Shown here in pieces: positions 18,108 through 27,609 of a DNA stretch of 64,000 bases. The position numbers and the translations under genes were made by a program. This DNA is from Candidatus Bathyarchaeia archaeon (GTDB lineage Archaea > Thermoproteota > Bathyarchaeia > 40CM-2-53-6). The stretch lies in assembly GCA_049513715.1 (NCBI GenBank), contig JBEKVV010000002.1, forward strand, positions 480,001 to 544,000, given 5' to 3'. Position 1 is the first letter of the stretch, and every line of letters starts with the position of its first letter. The notes under the pieces were generated by a model that did not search any database, was not told the DNA's origin, and saw only the letters and a list, made by a program, of their open reading frames with translations.

Positions 18108-19271
18108 ATGCACTTAAGACCACAGAAGAAAATCAAACGCTTCCTCAGCGGCGTATACGACGAATTTCACACACGAGACGCTATCCCCCTACTCATAATT
18201 GTCTTTCCAGTTATCTTCTTGATGATGATTGATTCCGCGTCGTTCTCTCTCGTCTGGTTCTGGGGGGGACAAATAGGCCGAGCCGGTTTCGCCTTCTTGT
18301 TCTTTCTCGTGGCGTGGGACTTTCACGACTCTCGAAAGAAACTCAAAGCGACGAGGGCGAAGTGGCGTTACGCGTTGGCGGGCGTCGCCCTTGCAGTTCT
18401 ACTGGTCTACTATTGGGAGCGAGTGATGAGTGCGGACTGGACTACATATCTGAGAGTGTATGTAACAAGTCAACTTGGCGTATCCCAGAAATCCCCGCTT
18501 AGTTTCTTGCTCGCAATGGATTTCGTCGTTTTCGCAATCTATTGCGCCATCGCGACAGCCCTACTCTACTCGCCTAAGGCGGTTGGGCTGATAGTTACTC
18601 CAATAATCTACGCCTTGGGTAGCGGGATCTTGGACATGATGGACGGTTACTTTCCGGAGGACTCGCTCGCCTTCCTCCAAATCTGGGTCTACGTGATTTG
18701 GAACGTGGTTGTATTTCTGCTCAGCCTACTCGGGTTCCACACGAACGTCAACCCGCTAACTGGAACCGTTCAACCACCAAGCATACAACTCATCGGCAAT
18801 AGGCTGCTGCTTTGGGGGTCAAAGGGTTTCATCACCCTAGCCATCTTTTGGCCTTCGTCCGGCGTAGTCAGCATGATCGTCTACAGCCTTGTTATTGTGG
18901 TTCTTATGGTAAAGCTCGACGCCCCCAGAAAGCGTAAAGCGATCTACGCGGCAATCGGGGCAGCCGGAACTTACCTCATCAACGTAATCCGCATCACACT
19001 AATCGTTCTATACGTGGCTTTCATCAGCCTCGACGTGGAAGCGTTCCACCAATCGATCGGTGAAGTACTTTTCATCACCTGGATCTTCACTTACCTGCTA
19101 TTCGTCATACGCAACGAAAACAAATACTATGTAAAAGTTGCAAGCTCCAAGCGGCCTGAGGCGAAAGCGGATCTGGCGGCCGCGAGGGTCAGCAAGAGTC
19201 GACGTCCTATCAAACGGAAACCAAAGAATCATGAGTGGCTAGAACGGGTCAAAGAGGCCCGGTTGAAGTAA
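18108..19271 (+). CDS. Exosortase/archaeosortase family protein, thaumarchaeosortase-like (Ser at the catalytic Cys position)
   Basis: Polytopic; WPSSG in place of xxCSG; NVIRI (Arg); FHQSIGE (His). Confidence 0.85.
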   Translation: MHLRPQKKIKRFLSGVYDEFHTRDAIPLLIIVFPVIFLMMIDSASFSLVWFWGGQIGRAGFAFLFFLVAWDFHDSRKKLKATRAKWRYALAGVALAVLLVYYWERVMSADWTTYLRVYVTSQLGVSQKSPLSFLLAMDFVVFAIYCAIATALLYSPKAVGLIVTPIIYALGSGILDMMDGYFPEDSLAFLQIWVYVIWNVVVFLLSLLGFHTNVNPLTGTVQPPSIQLIGNRLLLWGSKGFITLAIFWPSSGVVSMIVYSLVIVVLMVKLDAPRKRKAIYAAIGAAGTYLINVIRITLIVLYVAFISLDVEAFHQSIGEVLFITWIFTYLLFVIRNENKYYVKVASSKRPEAKADLAAARVSKSRRPIKRKPKNHEWLERVKEARLK

Positions 19272-19357
19272 GAGTGCCCGTCGATTCGCACACCTCGTTC
19301 TCGGAGGCGGGTTCTTAAAGAGACTGATGGTCTACGGAATGATGTGGTTGGTAGGTA

Positions 19358-20083
19358 ATGGAACGAGGTAATCGGTTGGAACTTTCAATTCTCATTCCGG
19401 CGCATAATGAAGAAAAACGAATGGAGACCTGCCTAATCCGCCTCACCGACTTTCTCAAACAGACCCACCCCTATTCCGAGATAGTGATCAGCGAGGACGG
19501 GAGCAAGGACAGAACAGTCAAAATCGTGAACGAATTCAAACAGAAGAATTCCGAGATTCAAATCATCCTACTCCATGCCACAGAGAGGTTAGGGAAAGGA
19601 GGTGGCTTGAAACGAGGAATCGAAGTGTGCAACGGACAGTTCACCGTCTTCACAGACACGGACCTGCCGGTTCCATTGGAAACGATTACCCGGGCGGTAG
19701 AACTTCTCAAGGGGGGCGCGGATGTCGTAGCAGGAAGTCGTGTAATGAAAGGTAGTAAAAGGGATGAGCCATTGAAGCGGAGGATACTGAGCCGAGGGTT
19801 CCATTATCTAGCTCTTATTTCCTTGGGTATGGGCTGGGATTCACAATGTGGGTTCAAAGCGGTGAGGACGAGTGTTGGGCGCGATCTCTTTTCTCAAATG
19901 GCCAACCCCGGGTTTGCTTATGATGTCGACTTCTTGATTCAGGCGAAACGCAAAGGGGTAAACGTCGTTGAGATGCCGGTTGAGTGGCATTACAATACAG
20001 ATTCGTCCATGAGGCTCTCTAAGGATATTTTTGGGATGTTCAGGGAACTTGTCCATATTTTCTTCCAAGCCCGTTTCCCATAG
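19358..20083 (+). CDS. Dolichyl-phosphate hexosyltransferase (GT2, Alg5/DPM-like)
   Basis: LIPAHNEE, EDGSKD, GKGGG, FTDTD, DSQCGFKA, FAYDVD, EMPVEW. Confidence 0.88.
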   Translation: MERGNRLELSILIPAHNEEKRMETCLIRLTDFLKQTHPYSEIVISEDGSKDRTVKIVNEFKQKNSEIQIILLHATERLGKGGGLKRGIEVCNGQFTVFTDTDLPVPLETITRAVELLKGGADVVAGSRVMKGSKRDEPLKRRILSRGFHYLALISLGMGWDSQCGFKAVRTSVGRDLFSQMANPGFAYDVDFLIQAKRKGVNVVEMPVEWHYNTDSSMRLSKDIFGMFRELVHIFFQARFP

Positions 20084-20182
20084 GAAGATGATGACTCCAA
20101 CCTTACGATACCTCGTCAGCCAGCAAACTGTAGAAAGATTCTAAAGACCACGTACACTGCACAGCTGAAACAGGTACCTATA

Positions 20183-21517
20183 ATGGTTCTGCAGAGCGGA
20201 CGCGGGTTCTGGGACATCACACTGCACGACCAAGAATTCAAACTTATTCTCATTGTTGCATCAACCCTCTGGGTATATACGACAATAATCCATCTTCCAT
20301 TCGTCGTTCCTAGCAACTACACTGACATTGGGTACTTGTGGATTCGCGACGTATACTCAGGACACAACAACATGGCCATTCCCTACGTGGACTACAAGCT
20401 TGAGTATCCACAGATGATCGGGCTGATAATCTGGATCGGCCAAGCAATCGGAACATACGCCCCGTTCGTGTTGGACGCTTACAACACGTACATGGTTGTC
20501 GAATCTGTTCTGCAATACCCATTCATGATTGGGACCATCTACAACATCTATGTACTTTGCAGCAAACTTGGAATCAACAAGAACAGAATCTACCTCTATT
20601 TGCTCACATCAATGACCTTCATGATTTACGGCTTCTACAATTGGGATTTCATAGTCGCATACTTCGCGAGCCTCTCAATCATGTACTATTTGGAGAAACG
20701 ATACGACGCGAGCTCCCTAGCCCTCATAGCCGGAATCTTGAGCAAATTCATACCTATCTGCATGGCTCCAGCAATGGTCTGGTGTCTGCCAAACAACAGG
20801 GCACGGGTAAGGTTCATCGCCATCGCCGGTTCAGTTTGGGGTGCTGTAAATGCGCCTTTCGTTCTAGCCAATATCCAGTTGAACCGGCCATTTTGGCTGC
20901 AACTTTACACGCACACCCAAAACCACCAACTGCAAAACACTTGGATATCGATGGTGATTCAAACCGCGGGCTTAGGAGACATCATTTCAGGACGAGGGTA
21001 CGGGCATTACCTCAGCTTAGGCATCATAGGATACTTGATTCTTCGCGCGCTGATCTCGAAGCGAACTCCACTTGAAAAGATTCTCCTATCATGGTACGCT
21101 TGGTTCGGAGCGATCTACCTGTTCGACCCGCAAATGTGGATCCAACTGTTTCCAATAATCATTCTGACCCCAAGCTTTGATTTCGTACTATACAGAATCG
21201 CCGACATGCTCAATGCCTTCATAATACTGTTTTACTTCATCGGAGGCAGTCGTCCAGAACTGCCGAAGTATCTTACTGACCAACTTACTCCCTTCGGGCT
21301 TGTTAACATATCAGCCGCATTACGCCAACTCATAGTCCTCGGAGCCTACTTCATCAGCTTCAACCCAGCGAGACAAGACCGACTCAAACGATGGAGGCGG
21401 TCAGTCTACACTTGGTTTGCTCGTCTATTGGGCGATGTTCCTAACCGCCTCGCGCAGATGCCTAGAGACTTGCTAGGCCCAGTTAGGCCTAAGGATGCGA
21501 GGCCTTCGAAATCGTGA
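20183..21517 (+). CDS. GT-C (GT87/DUF2029, PIG-M-like fold) membrane glycosyltransferase
   Basis: 'YTDI..PYVD..LEYP..NWD..KFIP' motifs; polytopic. Confidence 0.78.
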   Translation: MVLQSGRGFWDITLHDQEFKLILIVASTLWVYTTIIHLPFVVPSNYTDIGYLWIRDVYSGHNNMAIPYVDYKLEYPQMIGLIIWIGQAIGTYAPFVLDAYNTYMVVESVLQYPFMIGTIYNIYVLCSKLGINKNRIYLYLLTSMTFMIYGFYNWDFIVAYFASLSIMYYLEKRYDASSLALIAGILSKFIPICMAPAMVWCLPNNRARVRFIAIAGSVWGAVNAPFVLANIQLNRPFWLQLYTHTQNHQLQNTWISMVIQTAGLGDIISGRGYGHYLSLGIIGYLILRALISKRTPLEKILLSWYAWFGAIYLFDPQMWIQLFPIIILTPSFDFVLYRIADMLNAFIILFYFIGGSRPELPKYLTDQLTPFGLVNISAALRQLIVLGAYFISFNPARQDRLKRWRRSVYTWFARLLGDVPNRLAQMPRDLLGPVRPKDARPSKS

Positions 21518-21605
21518 AACTAATAATCCCTGCCTTCTTTTTCGAAGGAACAGCCTTCAAGCCCTTAAGTTAGTAGACTGAACAGTTTAGGCGGTAATGT
21601 AGCTA

Positions 21606-23252
21606 ATGCCAAGCGGAGCGGAGCTCAATGGTCTCGTAAGTGGCGGACTCGACGAGTTGGCTCCATTTCCGCACAGGGTTGCCGTTTGCGCGTATGGCCC
21701 TTCTTTTTACGCCAAGCCAGGAGCGTACATTGGTCAGGACCTTTTGGTAATTCGCGACAAGTACGCAGACGGTTTGCGAACTTATCTGAGAACCACCGAA
21801 AAACAGCAGACGAGGTTCCTACTCGTTGACCGCAGTCTGATCGAATCGGACATTGAGAGAGGAACTCTGGGCGATTTCCTTACTGAGAAACTTATCTACC
21901 CATACCGCGCTCTGGCAAACCAGGACTACCTAGATGACCTGAGCCTTCAAGCGGCCAGGCGGACAGTCAAAGAGGAAGCACGTGACCTCGTGCTGAACTA
22001 CGGCGAGATGTGCAGAGGGATTGTGGCTGCACCTGAGTTCTTCGGGTTATCGAAGCTCAGGCGGCGAGCCAGGGTCTTCGTCCCCAGCTTGGAAGACTAT
22101 CTGAGGCTACTTGACCCTGCAGTTCGACAACAGAACCTGTCAACTCTTCGCGAAGCATTCAGCAAAGCTGTCTCGGGTATGGGCGGCGACGGAGTGGAAT
22201 TTGATGGCGAGAATGTGGCATTTCAGGATCAGTCAGTGGATAAATGGCTTAAGGTCAGGTCATCCGAGCAAGCTGTCAATATCTTAAGGCATAGTCAGCG
22301 GGCACTCTATTCTTACCTCGCAAGGGGCCGCACGGTCTTTCTGAGCCCTGAGCTCCTTGCCCGGGAACTCAGTAGCCCCCTGAGGTTGAGCTTGGACCCG
22401 GACTTGGTGGGAAGGCAACCTGAGAACCCTAATAATTCTCTATACCTTCGTACAGAGGAAGGATTGGTTTCCTTCAACGAGCGGTCCAGTCTCGAAGAGA
22501 TGCTTTCGAAACTCAGGCCGGGACGGCCCATGACCGTGTCGCCATTGGCAGGGGTTCTGAACGAAGTATACCTAGTCACACTAGGAAGGGAGCGGTTTGT
22601 CGCAAAGAGGTTCACCGATTGGCACGGGTTCAAGTGGTTCACATTAAACCTCGTTTCCCTTGGGAGTAAACTCTTCTCAGTGTCTGGCAAGGCAAGATTG
22701 ACAAATGAGTACGGAATCAACCGGTACTTGGCCAAGAAAGGCCTGAAAGTTCCCCAGGTTATCAATGTCAATGTGAAGCAGCGAATCTTGGTTGAAACCT
22801 ACATTTCGGGAGTACCGATGAACGAATTTGTATCTCAGGCTATCGGCGGGGGCGCGTTAGGTACGTCTCAATACAGACTCGCCGAAGCCTTCGGCGAGTC
22901 GCTCGCGCGAATACACGAGGCGGGTGTTGCAGTCGGCGACGCGAAACCAGAAAACTTCGTTGCCAAGGGTGATGAGATCTACACAGTAGACTTGGAGCAG
23001 GCGGGGAAACACGGTGATCAGGCTTGGGACATCGCAGAGCTATTGTTCTACACGGGCCATTACAGCAACACCGCAACGCCAACACGCGGCTTCACCGAGG
23101 TTGTTGAGGCTTTCATACTGGGATATCTTAAGGCAGGTAACGCGAGGGAGCTCAAGCGAGCTACAGGTGCAAGATACGTCCGCGTCTTCTCATTATGGAC
23201 CCCAGCACCAATAATCGTTGAAATATCCAGGCTACTTCGGGAAGCAAAATAG
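21606..23252 (+). CDS. Bud32/Kdo-kinase-like kinase with an N-terminal degenerate nucleotidyltransferase-like region
   Basis: VAKRF, HEAGVAVGDAKPENF, VDLEQ, WDIAELL; N-terminal YG...DLLVI. Confidence 0.75.
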   Translation: MPSGAELNGLVSGGLDELAPFPHRVAVCAYGPSFYAKPGAYIGQDLLVIRDKYADGLRTYLRTTEKQQTRFLLVDRSLIESDIERGTLGDFLTEKLIYPYRALANQDYLDDLSLQAARRTVKEEARDLVLNYGEMCRGIVAAPEFFGLSKLRRRARVFVPSLEDYLRLLDPAVRQQNLSTLREAFSKAVSGMGGDGVEFDGENVAFQDQSVDKWLKVRSSEQAVNILRHSQRALYSYLARGRTVFLSPELLARELSSPLRLSLDPDLVGRQPENPNNSLYLRTEEGLVSFNERSSLEEMLSKLRPGRPMTVSPLAGVLNEVYLVTLGRERFVAKRFTDWHGFKWFTLNLVSLGSKLFSVSGKARLTNEYGINRYLAKKGLKVPQVINVNVKQRILVETYISGVPMNEFVSQAIGGGALGTSQYRLAEAFGESLARIHEAGVAVGDAKPENFVAKGDEIYTVDLEQAGKHGDQAWDIAELLFYTGHYSNTATPTRGFTEVVEAFILGYLKAGNARELKRATGARYVRVFSLWTPAPIIVEISRLLREAK

Positions 23253-23266
23253 TCTCGGGATTCTCC

Positions 23267-23911
23267 TTGAACCGCAGAATTCGACTCGTAGTGTTCGATT
23301 TAGATGGCACATTGACCCCTGTCGACAGCCTCTGGAGCTACCTTCACGAGGCATTCGGAACTTGGGACTACGGAAAACTGGCTGCCCAGAAGTACAGGCG
23401 GGGCGAAATATCCTATAAAGAATGGGCCGAAACCGATTCTCAATACTGGGCGGGGGCACCTCTTACACAAGTAATGCAAGTGCTCGAGAAAATCCCCTAT
23501 CGCAAAGGCGCCGAACAAGTCTTCCAAGACCTCAAACGGGGTAACGTCAAGACCGCCATCGTAAGCGCGGGACTGTCGCTTCTAACTGACAAAGCAGGGC
23601 GAGATCTCGGGGCAGACCTCACCCTCTCCAATGAGCTACAAACCAATGACGGAAGGTTGACCGGAGGAATAGTTGTCAAGGTGGGCGTTAACGAGAAGAG
23701 AGAAATAATCGAACGAATCGCGATCCAATTGAAAGTCCCGCTAGCAGAAGTCGCGCTTGTCGGAGATCGAGCAAATGATCTCATGAACCCTGAATGCTTG
23801 AAGATCGCTTTCAAACCGAAGGATGAAAACGCTCGACAGGTTGCGGACATAATCATCGAAGATGATGACTTGAGCAAAATCCTCCCATATCTCGTCCAGC
23901 CAACTCAGTGA
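23267..23911 (+). CDS. HAD-IB phosphatase (phosphoserine phosphatase-like)
   Basis: FDLDGTL, VSAG, K, GDRAND motifs. Confidence 0.85.
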   Translation: MNRRIRLVVFDLDGTLTPVDSLWSYLHEAFGTWDYGKLAAQKYRRGEISYKEWAETDSQYWAGAPLTQVMQVLEKIPYRKGAEQVFQDLKRGNVKTAIVSAGLSLLTDKAGRDLGADLTLSNELQTNDGRLTGGIVVKVGVNEKREIIERIAIQLKVPLAEVALVGDRANDLMNPECLKIAFKPKDENARQVADIIIEDDDLSKILPYLVQPTQ

Positions 23912-23983
23912 CGGCTCGCCAGATTCCAGCCGTGGAATCCAATAGGAATGGTTAAGACCAATGAAATCGTGCCCCAATCAGCC

Positions 23984-24097
23984 ATGACACTATTATCTCA
24001 ATTGAAAGGGCATCCAAATCGGATTGGAATGACGATTGGGTTCGTCATATTACTCTTCATCATAGTCTACGTAGTTCTGCATCAACGAGCACCTTAG
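23984..24097 (+). CDS. Putative 37-aa single-TM small protein (not in ORF track)
   Basis: MTLLSQLKGHPNRIGMTIGFVILLFIIVYVVLHQRAP; TTAAGA about 30 nt upstream. Confidence 0.5.
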   Translation: MTLLSQLKGHPNRIGMTIGFVILLFIIVYVVLHQRAP

Positions 24098-24154
24098 TCA
24101 CTTCGAACCAATTCATGCTCCCTCCAGTGGGAGAGTAGGCAGCCGATTGGCAGT

Positions 24155-24412
24155 TCAGAACAGAGTGCGTCCCCTCGACTTGTTCGTTACCTCGACTACG
24201 TTCCCGTCTCTGTCCAACTTGACTATGAATTGACGGATGGATTCCTTCTCGATGGCGTAGTGGCCATAAACCCGATAGAAGCCGTCGTCAAACTGCATCC
24301 CGTCAACCTCCAACGGGCCCTTCACGGTGAACCGTTTGCGGACATGTTCAACCGCAATCGCTTTCACCTTGTCAGCGGTGCTTAAACCATGCCCCATTCC
24401 CCTCAGTGTCAT
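24155..24412 (-). CDS. Small hypothetical protein (helix + beta-meander, PepSY-like pattern)
   Basis: GGGGAG SD before ATG; 'KAIA...FIVKLDRDGNVV' pattern. Confidence 0.6.
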   Translation of the reverse strand: MTLRGMGHGLSTADKVKAIAVEHVRKRFTVKGPLEVDGMQFDDGFYRVYGHYAIEKESIRQFIVKLDRDGNVVEVTNKSRGRTLF

Positions 24413-24579
24413 CTGACTCCCCTTGAAGTCTCATGTCTTACTGTCGTGGAAAGCATCCTATGCTTTGCACAATTGAACCCATCTGCAGTCGTTAACTCCT
24501 TTGGTTAGTTCTAGGGATGGCAATATGCGACAGAGATTAAGTAGGCAGCCCGATTCGGTGACTTCACCGTGCCCCAAAA

Positions 24580-25959
24580 ATGGCAAACTCACGTGAACCG
24601 TTGTCACTCCCAGCCGCACACCGAATTAGAGATCGGGTTCTTTCTGTTGTGATCAAAGCGCTGTTGGCGGCGATTGATTCGGGAAGGGAAACGCCTGGGT
24701 TCATGTCGAATCCTCTGCTCCTCAAGATTCTGAATGCGTTTGCTCGCTTGTGTGGCTTCGAGGCCGAGAGGGCTCTTCAGGAAGAGGCAGGGCAAAGGGG
24801 GGCTTGGAACTTACTCAGAAGTATTTCCGAGTACGGTATCATTACCCCTCAAAGACTCAAGGCACCGGTCAGCGTTGTCTGGAGTCTGTCCTACCGATGC
24901 AACCTTCGATGCATGCACTGTTACCAAAACGCCAGCCAGCCTTCATCGGACGAGTTAACAATTAACGAGCAACTTGGAATCGTGGATCAGATGGCGGGGG
25001 CCGGAGTTTCACTTGTTGTACTCTCTGGTGGAGAGCCGCTGGCCAATCCTAATCTTGGAAAGCTTATTGAACGAATTCGGAAGCATAAGATGGCGGTTTC
25101 AATTGACTCCAACGGCGTTCTCCTGAACAGGGAGAATGTGCAGTACCTGAAACAACTCGGCGTCGGTTCAGTAGAGCTAAGCCTCGACTCAGTGAATCCT
25201 GAGGCTCACGACCGCTTTCGCGGACTTGATGGCGCCTTCAAGAAGACTTTGAACGCCGTGGAGCTGTGTTCAGAAGCTGGCATTTTCACCACCGTGGCCA
25301 TAACTGCCACAATGCTGAATCATGCAGAGGATGCCGAATTGATTTCCCTCGCGAGGAATCATGGTGCAGAGAGAGTCGTATTCTTTGACTTGATTCCTGC
25401 TGGGCGAGGAAGAGAAATTCAGGACCTCCAACTTCTGCGTCAAGAGCGGCTCGAATTGATGGCTCTCGTTAGAAAAGAGTGTTCTACGGAACGCGGTGAG
25501 GTTTTCACAGAGCTCCCTCAGTTCGTCGTCTATTCATCGATTGGAGATGGGGAATCAATCTCGGATGATTCAACGAAGGCCCTTTCTGTGGAGAGGTTCA
25601 CTATGAGCTCATTTTTCGATTGTTCTGGAAAGAACAATTTCTACAGAAAGTTCGCAGCGTATCTTGGTGGGTGTCCTGCGGGAAGATTGTACTGTAACAT
25701 CCAGCCTAATGGGGACGTAACTCCTTGCATGTTCATGCCGAGCTATCCGGTCGCGGGAAACTTGAGAACACAATCCTTTGAGGAGATATGGAACAGCCCT
25801 GTTTTTGAAGCGCTGAGGGAGAGAGACTCGCTGACGGGAAAGTGTCGCCAATGCAGATTTGTTGCGGTCTGTGGAGGGTGCCGCGCAAAGGCCGCGGCCT
25901 ACGAAGGTGACTACCTAGCCTCAGATCCAACGTGCCCAATTCACGCCGCGAAAGCCTAG
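24580..25959 (+). CDS. Radical SAM protein with SPASM domain
   Basis: CNLRCMHC, SGGEP, CPAG..PC, CRQC..CGGCRA..DPTC. Confidence 0.92.
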   Translation: MANSREPLSLPAAHRIRDRVLSVVIKALLAAIDSGRETPGFMSNPLLLKILNAFARLCGFEAERALQEEAGQRGAWNLLRSISEYGIITPQRLKAPVSVVWSLSYRCNLRCMHCYQNASQPSSDELTINEQLGIVDQMAGAGVSLVVLSGGEPLANPNLGKLIERIRKHKMAVSIDSNGVLLNRENVQYLKQLGVGSVELSLDSVNPEAHDRFRGLDGAFKKTLNAVELCSEAGIFTTVAITATMLNHAEDAELISLARNHGAERVVFFDLIPAGRGREIQDLQLLRQERLELMALVRKECSTERGEVFTELPQFVVYSSIGDGESISDDSTKALSVERFTMSSFFDCSGKNNFYRKFAAYLGGCPAGRLYCNIQPNGDVTPCMFMPSYPVAGNLRTQSFEEIWNSPVFEALRERDSLTGKCRQCRFVAVCGGCRAKAAAYEGDYLASDPTCPIHAAKA

Positions 25960-26177
25960 AAGCACCCGCGGCCAATGTGAATACGCCGTCTGATCTCAAA
26001 GATTTGTCTAGCCGACACAAGCATTCAGCTAACCCAGAAAAGATGTGCAGAGAAACACGGCGTCAATTGTGGAAGTAGTGTTGTGGCGATTACCTCGACT
26101 CAATCCATAGAGAAAATAGGCAGAATCCTGACATACCTCGGTCGGCAGTAACACCTGCACGGCAAAGATGGAAGATT

Positions 26178-26630
26178 GTGGCAATGTGTCCAGAGGATTC
26201 TTTGATTAAGTGCCGCGGGGCAAACTGTTCAATCGTACTGTATCGGGACGGCATGGTCATCAATGAAGGCGTGTTGAGCGGAAGATCTTACAGGCTCCCC
26301 CTTGAACGTGTAACATCGGTGATAGTAGAGCGCAAGAGTGTGGTCCCATTTGCCACAGGCACAATCATCGCCGCAATATTCACATTGGTCACGAAATACA
26401 ACGCCCTGTGGTTTCTGGTGAACTTGACAACGAACCGTGCAGGACAGTTGAGCTCGCTGGGCGTTTTGGCATGCATCATCTTCGCAGTTCCGACGCTAAC
26501 GCGTTCGCTATTTGTGCACGTTAATGTGACTTGGAGTGGCCAGCCCGCTTCTTTTCATCTGGGGTTTGTTTCTGTAAAGATGGGAAGGCGGCTGGCTAGG
26601 CGTTTTCAAGAGTTGTCTGCAGGGAGCTAG
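26178..26630 (+). CDS. Hypothetical 2-TM membrane protein
   Basis: Intact ORF ending 10 nt before trmI; two hydrophobic helices. Confidence 0.6.
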   Translation: MAMCPEDSLIKCRGANCSIVLYRDGMVINEGVLSGRSYRLPLERVTSVIVERKSVVPFATGTIIAAIFTLVTKYNALWFLVNLTTNRAGQLSSLGVLACIIFAVPTLTRSLFVHVNVTWSGQPASFHLGFVSVKMGRRLARRFQELSAGS

Positions 26631-26640
26631 GGTTCGAAAC

Positions 26641-27447
26641 ATGGACAAGATTATTGCTGAGGGTTCACTCATACTCCTGCACTTCGATTTGAGGCGACAG
26701 TGGCTCCTCCGCGTCGTAGTAGGTAGGGATTTCCACTCACACAAGGGCTACATCAAGCTAGGGGATTTGGTTGGGAAACCCTTCGGCTGTGAGATTACCA
26801 GTTCAACTCTCGACAGGTTCTGGGCTTTGAGGCCCACAACGCATGACCTGATAATGCATACCGTCCGGCAAACGCAGATCATGTACCCGAAGGATATTGG
26901 GCTCATAATCCTCAAACTCTCCTTAACCTCTGGCGCCAAAGTGCTCGAGATAGGCACTGGGAGCGGAGCAATGACGGTTGCGGCTGCTATGGCCGTGAGA
27001 GAGTCGGGGCATGTGGATACCTACGAGGTGAGGCCTGAGTTCGTGGAAATTGCGGAGAAGAACCTGAAACGCGCTTCGCTTGCAGAATATGTGACAATTC
27101 ACCAGACAGATGCGGCGAAGGGTATTGAGGGTGAAGGGTACGACGCTGCTATTATTGATGTGGGGGACCCTTGGCCCCTCATTCCTCTAGTTCACGGCGC
27201 CTTGTTAGGGGGGGCACCCGTAATGTCATTTAGCCCCACCTTCAACCAGGTGGAGCGATCCACGGAAACCTTCGGTAAGGTTGGTTTCGTGAATGTGCAC
27301 ACGTTGGAATGTTTCATTCGCGAAATCCGGGCAGAGACTGGAAGGACGCGGCCCGCCACCATGATGATTGGGCATACGGGATACATGACCTTCGCCCAGA
27401 AGGTTCTTCCTCCAACAAGCGAGCAGTCTAAACCTTCCCCCGCTTAA
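26641..27447 (+). CDS. trmI: tRNA (adenine-57/58-N1)-methyltransferase
   Basis: RQTQIMYPKD, EIGTGSG, DVGDPW, RP..MIGHTGY. Confidence 0.93.
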   Translation: MDKIIAEGSLILLHFDLRRQWLLRVVVGRDFHSHKGYIKLGDLVGKPFGCEITSSTLDRFWALRPTTHDLIMHTVRQTQIMYPKDIGLIILKLSLTSGAKVLEIGTGSGAMTVAAAMAVRESGHVDTYEVRPEFVEIAEKNLKRASLAEYVTIHQTDAAKGIEGEGYDAAIIDVGDPWPLIPLVHGALLGGAPVMSFSPTFNQVERSTETFGKVGFVNVHTLECFIREIRAETGRTRPATMMIGHTGYMTFAQKVLPPTSEQSKPSPA

Positions 27448-27609
27448 GCCCCGTCTCTCAAACCCATCTATTCGTCACGACAGGGAATACGAAGGCTGCT
27501 GTTTGAGGAAATCAATGAACCAATCCGAATGCAAGTCGCGTATGCACTCTACGCAAAGCCTCGTGAGTGAGTGAGAAATGTCTACTGTCAGAGGTTGGCT
27601 GCTGTGCCT

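Noticed and set aside
23984..25959. RiPP cluster around the radical SAM/SPASM gene
   Set aside because: No leader/core-like precursor, RRE domain, protease or exporter recognised; kept only as a weak finding
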